This document shows positions 10,427-21,697 of a DNA stretch of 64,000 nt, one piece after another. The notes beneath the pieces were generated by a model, which was not told the DNA's origin, ran no database searches, and saw only the letters and a program-made list of their open reading frames with translations. Source of the stretch: Ranitomeya imitator (taxonomy: Eukaryota); NCBI RefSeq assembly GCF_032444005.1, contig NC_091283.1:62744001-62808000 (forward strand), in the 5' to 3' direction. Positions within the stretch are counted from its first letter, which is position 1; each line of letters opens with the position of its first letter. Position numbers and translations under genes: made by a program.

Positions 10427-13374
10427 CTAGTGTATATACCCTGTAACATTATACTTTTCCAGAAAGGTATCCAGTCCCCTCTTAAATTTAAGTAATGAAT
10501 CACTCATTACAACATCATACGGCAGAGAGTTCCATAGTCTCACTGCTCTTACAGTAAAGAATCCGCGTCTGTTATTATGCTTAAACCTTTTTTCCTCCAA
10601 ATGCAGAGGATGCCCCCTTGTCCCTGTTTCAGGTCTATGATTAAAAAGATCATCAGAAAGGTCTTTGTACTGTCCCCTCATATATTTATACATTAAAATA
10701 AGATCACCCCTTAGTCTTCGTTTTTCCAAACTAAATAGCCCCAAGTGTAATAACCTATCTTGGTATTGCAGACCCTCCAGTCCTCTAATAACCTTGGTCG
10801 CTCTTCTCTGCACCCGCTCCAGTTCAGCTATGTCTTTCTTAAACACCGGAGACCAGAACTGTGCACAGTATTCTAAGTGTGGTCAAACTACTGACTTGTA
10901 TAGAGGTAAAATTATATTCTCCTCATGAGCATCTATGCCTCTTTTAATGCATCCCATTATTTTATTTGCCTTTGTAGCAGCTGCCTGACACTGGCCCCTG
11001 AATATGAGTTTGTCATCCATCCATACACCCAGGTTTTTTTCATTGACGGTTTTGCCCAGAGTTTTAGAATTAAGCACATAATTATACATCTTATTACTTC
11101 TACCCAAGTGCATGACCTTACATTTATCCCCATTAAAGCTCATTTGCCATTTATCAGCCCAAGCTTCTAGTTTACATAAATCATCCTGTAATATAAAATT
11201 GTCCTCCTCTGTATTGATTACCCTGCAGAGTTTAGTGTCATCTGCAAATATTGAAATTCTACTCTGAATGCCCCCTACAAGGTCATTAATAAATATGTTA
11301 AAAAGAAGAGGGCCCAATACTGACCCCTGTGGTACCCCACTGCTAACCGCTACCCAGTCCGAGTGTGCTCCATTAATAACCACCCTTTGTTTCCTATCCC
11401 TGAGCCAGCTCTCAACCCACTTGCACATATTTTCCCCTATCCCCATTATTCTCATTTTATATATCAACCTTTTGTGTGGCACCGTATCAAAAGCTTTTGA
11501 AAAGTCCATATACACTACATCCACTGGGTTCCCTTGGTCCAATCCGGAACTTACCTCTTCATAGAAACTGATCAAATTAGTCTGACATGAACGGTCCCTA
11601 GTAAACCCGTGCTGATACTGGGTCATGAGGTTATTCCTCTTCAGATACTCCAGTATAGCGTCCCTTAGAATGCCCTCCAGGATTTTACCCACAGTAGAGG
11701 TTAAGCTTACTGGCCTATAATTTCCGAGTTCAGTTTTTGTTCCCTTTTTGAATATTGGCACCACATTTGCTATACGCCAGTCCTGTGGCACAGACCCTGT
11801 TATTATGGAGTCTTTAAAGATTAAAAATAATGGTCTATCAATGACTGTACTTAATTCCTGCAGTACTCGAGGGTGTATCCCATCCGGGCCCGGAGATTTG
11901 TCAATTTTAGTGATTTTTAGCCGCCGCCGCACTTCCTGCTGGGTTAAGCAGGTGACATTTAATTGGGAATTTTTATCACTAGACATTTTGTCTGCCATGG
12001 GATTTTCTTGTGTAAATACTGATGAAAAAAAGTCATTTAGCATATTGGCTTTTTCCTCATCCTCATCCACCATCTCACCCAGACTATTTTTAAGGGGGCC
12101 AACACTATCATTTTTTAGTTTCTTACTATTTATGTAGTTAAAGAATATTTTAGGATTATTTTACTCTCTCTGGCAATGAGTCTCTCTGTCTCAATCTTTG
12201 CTGCCTTGATTTGCTTTTTACAGAATTTATTTAATTTTCTGTATTTATTTAATGCCTCCTCACTACCTACTTCCTTTAATTCTCTAAATGCTTTCTTTTT
12301 GTCACTTATTGCGCCCCTTACAGCTCTATTTAGCCATATTGGTTTCCTCCTATTTCTAGTATGTTTATTCCCATACGGTATATACTGTGCACAGGTCCTA
12401 TCCAGGATGCTAATAAACGTCTCCCATTTTCTTTGTGTATTTTTGTGTCTCAGGATATCGTCCCAGTTAATTGCACCAAGATCCTCTCTCATCCGTTGGA
12501 AATTTGCCCTCCTGAAGTTTAGTGTCCTTGTAACCCCTCTACTACACATCTTTTTAAAGGATACATGAAAACTTAATATTTTGTGATCGCTATTTCCCAA
12601 GTGACCCCCAACCCTTATATTTGATATGCGGTCTGGCCTGTTGGTTAATATTAGGTCTAGCAGTGCCCCCTTTCTTGTTGGGTCCTGAACCAGTTGTGAA
12701 AGGTAATTGTCTCTCATAGTTGTCAAAAACCGATTACCTTTGCTGGAACTGCAGGTTTCTGTTCCCCAATCTATTTCAGGGTAGTTGAAGTCCCCCATAA
12801 TAATGACTTCTCCTTGAGTCGCAGCTTCATCTATTTGCTTTACGAGGATATTTTCCATTGCTTCCATTATTTTTGGAGATTTATAACAAACCCCTATCAG
12901 TAATTTATTATTTTTTCCCCCTCCCCTTATCTCCACCCACAGGGATTCTACATTTTCATTAAATTCACCTATATTATCGCACAGGATGGGTTTTAAGGAC
13001 GATTTTACATTTAGACACACCCCTCCCCCTCGCTTATCTGTATGGTCATTTCTGAACAGGCTATAGCCCTGCAAGTTAACAGCCCTGTCATGGCTCTCAT
13101 CCAGCCACGTTTCAGATATCCCCACCATGTCATAATTATGCTCCAACAACATTAGTTCTAATTCGTCCACTTTGTTGGTGAGGCTTCTGGCATTAGTATG
13201 CATGAACTTTATGTTCCTCTCTGTACTTCTATTTCTTAAATTATTAACTGTTCTGACCCCACCCCCCATGCCACCGCCACCCCCAACTTCCTTATTTGTG
13301 CCTAGGTCTCTGTCTGCACTATCTTCCCCTCCTATAAAATGAATACCCTCCCCCCCAATTCCTAGTTTAAACAA
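10427..13374 (-). pseudogene. CR1-A ORF2 (APE endonuclease + reverse transcriptase), disrupted
   Basis: NARSLTNK, ISETW, GDFN, SDH (APE); YRPVSLTS, DFSKAFD, GVPQGSVLGP, FADD (RT). One 1-bp frameshift near 12160 and one in-frame TGA at 10883-10885 (SVV*PHLEYC, likely CGA>TGA). Confidence 0.92.
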
Positions 13375-14033
13375 TCCTCCAACCTTCTAGCCATTCTCTC
13401 CCCCAGCACAGCTGCACCCTCCCCATTGAGGTGCAGCCCGTCCCTAGCGTAGAGCCTGTAGCCAACTGAGAAGTCGGCCCAGTTCTGCAGGAACCCAAAC
13501 CCCTCTTTCCTACACCAATTCTTGAGCCACTTATTAACCTCTCTAATCTCCCGTTGCCTCTCTGGCGTGGCACGTGGTACCGGCAGTATTTCGGAAAATA
13601 CCACGTTGGAGGTCCTTGCTTTCAGCTTGCAGCCTAATTCCCTGAAATCATCTTTAAGGACCTTCCACCTACCTCTAACTTTGTCATTAGTGCCAATGTG
13701 CACCATGACCGCTGGGTCCTCACCAGCCCCTCCCAATAATCTGTCCACCCGATCAGCGATGTGTCGGACTCGAGCGCCACGTAGGCAGCACACCATTCGA
13801 TGATCCCTGTCTTTGTGACAGATTGCCCTATCTGTTCCCCTAATAATTGAGTCGCCCACTACCAGCACCTGTCTGGCCTGCCCTGCTCTCCTATTTCCCT
13901 CCTTACTGGAGCAGTCACTCCTCTGGCTTTCAGAGGACATGCCTGGCTGCAGCAGTGCTACCCCTGTACTGGCACCCCCCTCATCTGCCAACTTAGCAAA
14001 CTTATTGGAGTGTGCCAGGTCAGGACTAGCCTC
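13362..14033 (-). CDS. CR1-A ORF1, N-truncated (SGNH/GDSL esterase-like domain)
   Basis: VLVVGDSIIRG, VHIGTND, DGLHLN motifs; ends DCLN*. The N-terminal zinc finger is lost by 5' truncation. Confidence 0.85.
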   Translation of the reverse strand, partial: EASPDLAHSNKFAKLADEGGASTGVALLQPGMSSESQRSDCSSKEGNRRAGQARQVLVVGDSIIRGTDRAICHKDRDHRMVCCLRGARVRHIADRVDRLLGGAGEDPAVMVHIGTNDKVRGRWKVLKDDFRELGCKLKARTSNVVFSEILPVPRATPERQREIREVNKWLKNWCRKEGFGFLQNWADFSVGYRLYARDGLHLNGEGAAVLGERMARRLEDCLN

Positions 14034-17000
14034 GCTAGGTCTGTTACCATTAGTACTATACAGCCTAAATTTCTCTTATCTGTAACCCTGATTTGCTCAT
14101 TGTCGTCCTTTTCTGTCATGGCATTTGTGGATTCAGGCGCTGCCCTGAACTTAATGGACTTAGAATTCGCCAGGCGCTGTGGTTTTTCCTTGCAGCCTTT
14201 GCAGAGCCCTATTCCTTTGAGGGGTATTGATGCTACACCCTTGGCCAAGGATAAACCTCAGTACTGGACGCAGATGACTATGTACATGGCCCCAGCACAT
14301 CAGGAAGATTGCCGTTTTCTGGTGTTGCATAACCTGCATGATGTTGTTGTACTGGGTTTTCCATGGTTACAGGAACATAGTCCGGTGCTGGATTGGAAAA
14401 CTATGACTGTGACTAGTTGGGGTTGTCAAGGGGTACATAGTGACGTTCCTTTGATGTCAATTTCCTCCTCTTCTTCCTCTTCTGAAATTCCAGAGTTTTT
14501 GTCTGATTTTCAGGATGTATTAGATGAGCCCAAGTCCAGTTCCCTTCCACCGCACAGGGACTGTGATTGTGCTATTAACTTGATTCCTGGTTGCAAGTTC
14601 CCTAAGCGCCGACTTTTCAATCTGTCTGTGCCAGAGCATGCCGCCATGCGGAGTTATGTTAAGGAGTCTTTGGAGAAGGGGCATACTCGGCCCTCTTCGT
14701 CACCATTGGGAGCGTGTTTCTTTTTTGTTGCTAAGAATGATGGCTCCTTGAGACCCTGTATTGATTATCGTCTTCTTAATAAGATCACGGTTAAATTCCA
14801 ATACCCCTTGCCTTTGCTTACTGATTTGTTTGCTCAGATTAAGGGGGCTAGTTGGTTTACTAAGATTGACCTCCGAGGGGCATATAATCTTGTTCGTATT
14901 AAACAGGGTGACGATTGGAAAACTGCATTTAATACGCCCGAAGGCCATTTTGAATACCTTGTGATGCCATTTGGGCTCTCTAATGCTCCATCTGTGTTCC
15001 AGTCTTTTATGCATGATATTTTCCACAATTATCTTGATAAATTCATGGTCGTATATTTGGATGATATTTTGATTTTTTCCGATGATTGGGAGTCTCATTT
15101 GAAGCAGGTCAGGATGGTGTTCCAGATCCTTTGTGATAATGCTTTGTTTGTGAAGGGGTCTAAGTGCCTATTCGGAGTTCAGAAGGTCTCTTTTTTGGGT
15201 TTTATTTTTTCTCCCTCATCTATAGAAATGGATCCTGTTAAGGTCCAAGCTATTCATGACTGGATTCAACCCACATCTGTGAAGGGCCTTCAAAAATTTT
15301 TGGGCTTTGCTAATTTCTATCGCCGTTTCATTGCCAACTTTTCCAGTGTGGTTAAGCCCCTTACTGATTTGACGAAGAAAGGCGCTGATGTGACGAATTG
15401 GTCCTTTGCTGCTGTTGAGGCCTTTCAGGAGCTTAAACGCCGATTTACTTCTGCCCCTGTGTTGCGTCAGCCGGATGTTTCTCTTCCTTTTCAGGTTGAG
15501 GTTGACGCTTCTGAGATTGGGGCAGGGGCCGTTTTGTCTCAGAGGGAGTCTGATGGTTCTTTGATGAAATCGTGTGCCTTTTTTTCCAGAAAATTTTCGC
15601 CTGCGGAACACAATTATGATATCGGCAATCGGGAGTTGTTGGCTATGAAGTGGGCGTTTGAGGAGTGGCGACATTGGCTTGAGGGAGCCAAGCACCGCAT
15701 TGTGGTCTTGACCGATCATAAGAATCTGATTTACCTTGAGTCGGCCAAGCGGCTGAACCCTAGACAGGCTCGGTGGTCCCTGTTTTTCTCCCGTTTTGAT
15801 TTTGTGGTCTCATATCTTCCAGGATCTAAGAATGTTAAAGCGGATGCCCTCTCTAGGAGTTTTTTGCCGGATTCTCCTGGAGTCCTTGAGCCGGTTGGCA
15901 TTCTTATGGAAGGGGTGATTCTGTCTGCCATCTCCCCTGATTTGCGGCGGGCGCTTCGGGAGTTTCAGGCTGATAAACCTGACCGCTGTCCTGTGGGGAA
16001 GCTGTTTGTTCCTGATAGATGGACAAGTAAGGTAATTTCTGAGGTCCATTGTTCTGTGTTGGCCGGTCATCCTGGGATTTTTGGTACCAGAGATTTGGTT
16101 GCTAGGTCCTTTTGGTGGCCTTCCTTTTCGCGGGATGTGCGTTATTTTGTGCTGTCCTGTGGGACTTGTGCCCGGGCTAAGCCTTGCTGTTCCCGCGCTA
16201 GTGGGTTGCTTTTGCCTTTGCCCGTCCCGGAGAGGCCTTGGACGCATATTTCCATGGATTTTATTTCGGATCTTCCTGTGTCCCAGAGGATGTCTGTTAT
16301 CTGGGTGGTTTGTGACCGGTTCTCTAAAATGGTCCATTTGGTGCTTTTGCCTAAATTGCCTTCCTCCTCTGATTTGGTTCCATTGTTTTTTCAATATGTG
16401 GATCGTTTTCATGGCATTTCGGAGAATGTTGTGTCTGACAGAGGTTCCCAGTTTGTTTCCAGGTTTTGGCGGGCCTTTTGTGCTAGGATGGGTATTGATT
16501 TGTCTTTTTCTTCGGCGTTCCATCCTCAGACAAATGGTCAAACTGAGCGAACTAATCAAACCTTGGAGACCTATTTGAGATGCTTTGTGTCTGCTGATCA
16601 GGATGATTGGGTGACTTTCTTGCCGTTGGCCGAGTTTGCCCTTAATAATCGGGCCAGTTCGGCTACTTTGGTTTCGCCTTTCTTTTGTAATTTTGGTTTC
16701 CATCCTCGTTTTTCTTCAGGGCAGGTTGAGCCTTCTGATTGTCCTGGTGTAGATTCTGTGATGGACAGGTTACAGCAGATTTGGACTCATGTGGTGGACA
16801 ATTTGACGTTGTCCCAGGAAAAGGCTCAGCGTTTTGCTAACCGCCGTCGGTGTGTTGGTCCTCGGCTTCGTGTGGGGGATTTGGTCTGGTTGTCCTCTCG
16901 TCATGTTCCTATGAAGGTTTCTTCCCCTAAGTTCAAGCCTCAGTTTATTGGTCCTTATAAGATTTCTGAGATTATCAATCCTGTGTCTTTTTGTTTGGCC

Positions 17001-17447
17001 CTTCCAGCCTCTTTTGCCATCCACAATGTTTTCCATAGATCTTTGTTGCGGAGATATGAGGTGCCCGTTGTTCCATCTGTTGATCCTCCTGCCCCGGTGT
17101 TGGTTGAGGGGGAGTTGGAATATGTGGTTGAGAAAAATTTGGATTCTCGTTTTTCGAGGCGGAAGCTTCAGTATCTTGTCAAGTGGAAGGGTTATGGCCA
17201 GGAGGATAATTCTTGGGTTGTTGCCTCCGATGTTCATGCCGCCGATTTGGTTCGTGCTTTTCATTTGGCTTGTCCTGATCGGCCTGGGGGCTCTGGTGAG
17301 GGTTCGGTGACCCCTCCTCAAGGGGGGGGTACTGTTGTGAATTCCGCTCTTGGGCTCCCTCCGGTGGTTGTAAGTGGCACTTTTGTGAGTTCTGCTCTTG
17401 GGCTCCCTCCTGTGGTTTTGAGTGGTATGGCTGCTTCTTGGATTTAG
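14034..17447 (+). CDS. Chromovirus A pol: protease, RT, RNase H, integrase, chromodomain
   Basis: Open frame with FVDSGA, YLDD, EVDASE, HPG...CGTC, SMDF..SDRG..ERTN, GPY and YVVEK...YLVKWKGYG. The first 8 codons of the track ORF (from 14010) belong to CR1-A. Confidence 0.93.
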   Translation, partial: ARSVTISTIQPKFLLSVTLICSLSSFSVMAFVDSGAALNLMDLEFARRCGFSLQPLQSPIPLRGIDATPLAKDKPQYWTQMTMYMAPAHQEDCRFLVLHNLHDVVVLGFPWLQEHSPVLDWKTMTVTSWGCQGVHSDVPLMSISSSSSSSEIPEFLSDFQDVLDEPKSSSLPPHRDCDCAINLIPGCKFPKRRLFNLSVPEHAAMRSYVKESLEKGHTRPSSSPLGACFFFVAKNDGSLRPCIDYRLLNKITVKFQYPLPLLTDLFAQIKGASWFTKIDLRGAYNLVRIKQGDDWKTAFNTPEGHFEYLVMPFGLSNAPSVFQSFMHDIFHNYLDKFMVVYLDDILIFSDDWESHLKQVRMVFQILCDNALFVKGSKCLFGVQKVSFLGFIFSPSSIEMDPVKVQAIHDWIQPTSVKGLQKFLGFANFYRRFIANFSSVVKPLTDLTKKGADVTNWSFAAVEAFQELKRRFTSAPVLRQPDVSLPFQVEVDASEIGAGAVLSQRESDGSLMKSCAFFSRKFSPAEHNYDIGNRELLAMKWAFEEWRHWLEGAKHRIVVLTDHKNLIYLESAKRLNPRQARWSLFFSRFDFVVSYLPGSKNVKADALSRSFLPDSPGVLEPVGILMEGVILSAISPDLRRALREFQADKPDRCPVGKLFVPDRWTSKVISEVHCSVLAGHPGIFGTRDLVARSFWWPSFSRDVRYFVLSCGTCARAKPCCSRASGLLLPLPVPERPWTHISMDFISDLPVSQRMSVIWVVCDRFSKMVHLVLLPKLPSSSDLVPLFFQYVDRFHGISENVVSDRGSQFVSRFWRAFCARMGIDLSFSSAFHPQTNGQTERTNQTLETYLRCFVSADQDDWVTFLPLAEFALNNRASSATLVSPFFCNFGFHPRFSSGQVEPSDCPGVDSVMDRLQQIWTHVVDNLTLSQEKAQRFANRRRCVGPRLRVGDLVWLSSRHVPMKVSSPKFKPQFIGPYKISEIINPVSFCLALPASFAIHNVFHRSLLRRYEVPVVPSVDPPAPVLVEGELEYVVEKNLDSRFSRRKLQYLVKWKGYGQEDNSWVVASDVHAADLVRAFHLACPDRPGGSGEGSVTPPQGGGTVVNSALGLPPVVVSGTFVSSALGLPPVVLSGMAASWI

Positions 17448-18296
17448 CTTCAGCAGCTGTTTTCTCTGATCGTCTTTCTGACTCGGCTATATTAGTCTGG
17501 CCTTATCCCTCATTCAATGCCAGTTGTCAATTGTTCCTGCCTGGAGTCATTGCTCTTAGGATTTTGCTGACACTCTGACCAGTTCAGCAAAAGCTAAGTC
17601 TTTGCTTTTCCTTTTGCAGTTCACTTGTTGTGGACTTGTTGTTCAGCACTTTCTATGTTTTGTTTATTTGTCCAGCTTATCAGTATGGATCTATTCAGCT
17701 AGGCTGGAAGCTCTGGGCAGCAGAGTTTGCCCTCCACACCTTTAGTCAGGTGTGGAGATTTTTGCATTCCTCTGCGGTGGACTTTTTCTAGTTTTTATTA
17801 CTGACCGCACAGCGTTCTGTCCTGTACTTTTTCTATCTAGCTAGAAGTGGCCTCCTGTGCTTTATCTTGTTTCATACTACATATGTCTTTTCCTTCTCCT
17901 CTCACAGTCATTACTTGTGGGGGGCTAATCTATCCTTTGGGGATTTTCTCTGAGGCAAGATAGTTTTCCTGCTTCTATCTTTAGGAGTAGTTAGGCTGTG
18001 ACGAGATGCCTAGGGAGAGTTAGGAGCATTCCACGGCTACTTCTAGTGTTGTGTCGAGCTTAGGGACTGCGGTCAGTATAGTTACCACCTGCTCAGAGCT
18101 AGTTGCATGTCGCTCCTTAATCACCAGACCATAACAGGGTAGTTAGCTCTTAGGCGGTGACGAGGTGCCTAGGAAGAGTTAGGAACATCCCACGGCTACT
18201 TCTAGTGTTGTGTTGAGCTTAGGGACTGCGGTCAGTACAGTTACCACTTCCTTCAGAGCTCTTTCCATGTTGCTCCTAAACCACCGTGTCATAACA
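17333..18296 (+). repeat. 3' LTR of chromovirus A with tandemly repeated U5 end
   Basis: TG...CA LTR 17333-18136 (804 bp), then a second diverged copy of the last ~160 bp ending CATAACA at 18296. Confidence 0.85.
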
Positions 18297-18722
18297 GATA
18301 GGACAGGATAGGACAGAGTTCTGTGCGGTCAGTATAAAAAATCCTTCAAAATATCCACAGCAGAATATACAAAAACTTCCTACATCTTTACTAAAAGATG
18401 CAGGAGCGTAAATCTGCAACTCCAGTGAATCCTACAATCAGAGCAGGAATAAAACTGAAACAAGCACACTGGCAGTGTGCCACAGAAACAAAAACCAAAC
18501 ACTTATCTTTGCTGAAATAGGCAGCGAGCAGGAGAAGCCAGAAAGTGATCCAACACTTCACAAGGAACATTGACTACTGGCAAGGGCTAAAGGATCCTGC
18601 CCACTTAAATATCCCAGTCAGAATTGTAATCATCCGATACACCTGGCCAGGTCTGTGACTCAGAGACAACTGCATTCCCACCTACAACCACTGGAGGGAA
18701 CCCAAGAGCAGAATTCACAACA
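18297..18722 (-). repeat. Inverted partial LTR of a related chromovirus (U3/R portion)
   Basis: Reverse complement starts TGTTGTGAATTCTGC at 18722. It has TATTTAA followed 30 nt later by GCCAGTAGTCAATG, and ACTGACCGCACAG as at 17800-17812. Confidence 0.8.
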
Positions 18723-18950
18723 GGGACCCCACGTCATTTTTTGGAGAGGACCCACATTTTAATAACCAGTGAAGGCTAAGTAGACATCTGTGAGCTGATA
18801 TTAATATCTTGGGAAGCTCTATGTTTATTAGTCTCTTCCCAGGCTATAAACATCTGCCCCCAGCTGTCTGCTTTCCCTCAGCTGGTTATTAAAAATTAGG
18901 GGGATCACACTTTTTTTTACAAATGTATGAGCCAAATACATGTGCAGTAA

Positions 18951-19020
<70 letters not shown>
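18951..19020 (+). repeat. (TATC)n microsatellite, about 17 units
   Basis: Direct reading of the sequence. Confidence 0.97.
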
Positions 19021-19021
<1 letters not shown>

Positions 19022-20466
19022 ATCTGTATCTCAAATTGTTTATTTGTTACTAAATTAGCTTGAAATGACATAGAGAATTCCTGCATGTAAGCTGATATTA
19101 AAAATGCATTGGATACGGATTGCATACACATGTCATATGGATGCTAGGTGAGAAAAGTCGCATTGTACTCGTATGACACTCACATGACACACGTTCTACA
19201 TTTCAGGAACAACATTGGACCAACTTTTTTACTTTGATGAGTGTGAGCCCTAATGCATGCATTGTCTTTAAATCAGCGTAATCGTATCCCATTGACTGGC
19301 ACATACACCTCACTTAATCCCCTTAATCAAGTTCCTGGATAACTGTATTCTAACAGTTATAGTATATTGGTCTATATATCTAATCTCTTTGACTAATGGT
19401 TTGGGCAATTTATCCAAATTTTATTCGACTAATAGCAACTAGTGTGTTTTTAATTGCACCTTATCCTTATTATTAACTATATTATTAAAGGTTATATTTT
19501 AGTAGACTTTAGTTGGTCTTTTTTGCCTTTGTAAATTTGTCATTAATGTTGAGTTACCCTACGCTGACCTCTTGAATAGTTTTGTTGTTTTTTACCTACA
19601 TTCATTACATATTGTTACCAACAATTAGTTGTGCGCCTGGCATTGCCTCCCGGTATGTATTGCATATTTTGCTTGGCTACTATTTATAGAGACCATGATC
19701 CCATAAATGTGTCTATATCGGGGCATAGTTGACCATATTGGGGTATATGATTGTCTTTCCATTATGACTAAATATACCATTGGGTGTGGGTCGCTGTCTC
19801 TGCATTACGAAATTCTTCTTCTGAGGACCATTACCATCATGTCCTCTCCTGGGCTTCTCTGTATACACTAGTTTTATTATTTATGACCTTGTAATATTTT
19901 GATAGCATTTAATAAATATTTTCCACGTATAAATTTGTTTCAATTTTTGCCATTTAATCATTTATATACTTTACCATTGGGCACATTTTTTGGGGTTTTG
20001 TTACTGTACAAAAAATATAAAAAATATAATTCCCTATTCTGAAGAATCCCAACCCTCATACATTGGTTACTTATTTAGAATCCCTCTAAAACCACAATGT
20101 TCAAGCCATATTCTCTTCTAACAGTTTACATACAAATTACTTTCCAAAATATGGGAAAAAGTAAATTAACGCTTCATGTAAAGGGGTCAAAACTAAACAC
20201 CTTTTGTTTCGTAATTGGCAGTTTCCTTATTATTATTTTTTTTGCTTTTGGTTTAGAGAAATTAATAGACTTTGTTAATTATCAAATAATAGATTAAATA
20301 ATTTTCACTGTGTATCTAGGTTAAAGAAAATATAATTTTACCTTATATAATTGAGGTATGCTAAGTGTCTTAAAGGGACATCTACATACATAGACATACG
20401 CGGAAGCCACGCGCCCTCATAAAGTTTCTGAAATTATGTGACAGGCAACTAGTTCACTTTCTCTAG

Positions 20467-20601
20467 GAAAGAATCAGTAACAAAATCAATAACTAACCCT
20501 TCAGAGGAACATGATTTGTCTAAGAGGGTGGAAAAATCTTTGCAGCAGCTGGTTCGCTCGGTACTCAATTATTTATGGCGGAGTTTGCAGGTTGCACAAA
20601 G
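20467..20601 (+). CDS. Candidate internal exon of an unidentified host gene (135 bp, symmetric phase)
   Basis: Acceptor GTTCACTTTCTCTAG, donor AAAG|GTAAGC. Open frame KESVTKSITNPSEEHDLSKRVEKSLQQLVRSVLNYLWRSLQVAQ in non-repeat AT-rich DNA. Confidence 0.5.
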
Positions 20602-21697
20602 GTAAGCACCGAACAAGTGCAAAGGTCAGAATGGTCATCCACATCGGAAAATAGAGCAAGCGCAAAAAGACTTAATATATAGATTGTTAATAAATGGGAC
20701 AATCTTTTTTTTTCTTACAAAATCGTGATTTCAACTTAGAAGTCTTTTTTTTTTTAATCTCTACAAAATTGCTTTCTCCGCGCTCTCAGCTACTTAAGTG
20801 AGAAATGGTGGGAAAAGTAAAGTAATATTTGAGCTTTGGATTTTTGTATTAAATAATAAATGAAATAATGTTTAAAAAAAAAAAATTGGCAAAATTATTT
20901 CAATGTATTTTTTATAATGAAGCTTTTATTAGCATTATCAAACAAGTTTTATACCATCATTTGCAGATACAATTTACGATACTCGATAAAATCAGAGAAT
21001 GTTGTGAAAAGAGTATATAATATTATATATAATATTAACAAAGTACCTACAAATAACAATCTAGATGCTTCTTACAGGGATGGTTCAGCACTTTCGAATT
21101 GATGAACTATCAGTAGGATAGGGAATTGACCAGATAAATGGATGTGCCAATTCGGCACTACTGCTGGTTGCATAGCTCTGTCAACTACATAGTGGTCGTG
21201 GCCGGCGGCTGCTGCACTTGCATTTCTGTTGCCCCTACTCAAATGAATAGGGATCTGCAGTGACCCTCTGCGGCCACTATACAGTTGACAGAGCTGCGCT
21301 TTTCTAGTCGGAAACTGAGCACATCCGGGTGGCACCATGAACTGCTGATCGATGGTGGTGCCGGGAGTTGCCCAACCATCGATCTGATATTGATGACCTA
21401 TCCCAAGAATAGGTCATCGATATAAAAGTACCGGATGATCCCTTTAAGACATCACACAGTATCTATGAATTATTGAGAAAAGAAAAATTATAAAGGAACA
21501 TATAAGGAAAGAATAAAAAAGGAAAGGGATGGGGAAGTAAAGAAGGGAATGGGGAACATTTTATGAATTAGTTCCCAGCCAGAGATGGAGGTCATTGCCA
21601 TCCTTGAACTCTGATTCATCAGATAGGAGATCGTCCTCACTCACTATACATCTAAGGCGAAATCCGACGCCATAAATTGACATTCATTGGTAAACGT

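Larger units (their letters stand above)
10206..14033 (-). mobile_element. CR1-A LINE, 5'-truncated, nested in chromovirus A
   Basis: 3' tail of 8-bp repeats (GTAACTAT)n at 10206-10228 and 3' hairpin 10233-10268. ORF2 and partial ORF1 present. Removing it rejoins Gypsy AAGAGAGTC|GCTAGGTCT (compare 52331-52348). Confidence 0.93.
9866..18296 (+). mobile_element. Ty3/Gypsy chromovirus A (sushi-like), 5'-truncated and interrupted by CR1-A
   Basis: gag C-terminal fragment 9866-10205 is homologous to 52000-52340. pol resumes at 14034. PPT AAGGGGGGGG 17320-17329; LTR starts TGTTGTGA at 17333 and ends CATAACA. Confidence 0.9.

Noticed and set aside
10258-17321. Numerous antisense or alternate-frame ORFs over CR1 and Gypsy coding regions (also 22667-26324, 33515-37293, 51893-55701)
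   Set aside because: They are shadow ORFs of long retroelement frames with no independent motifs.
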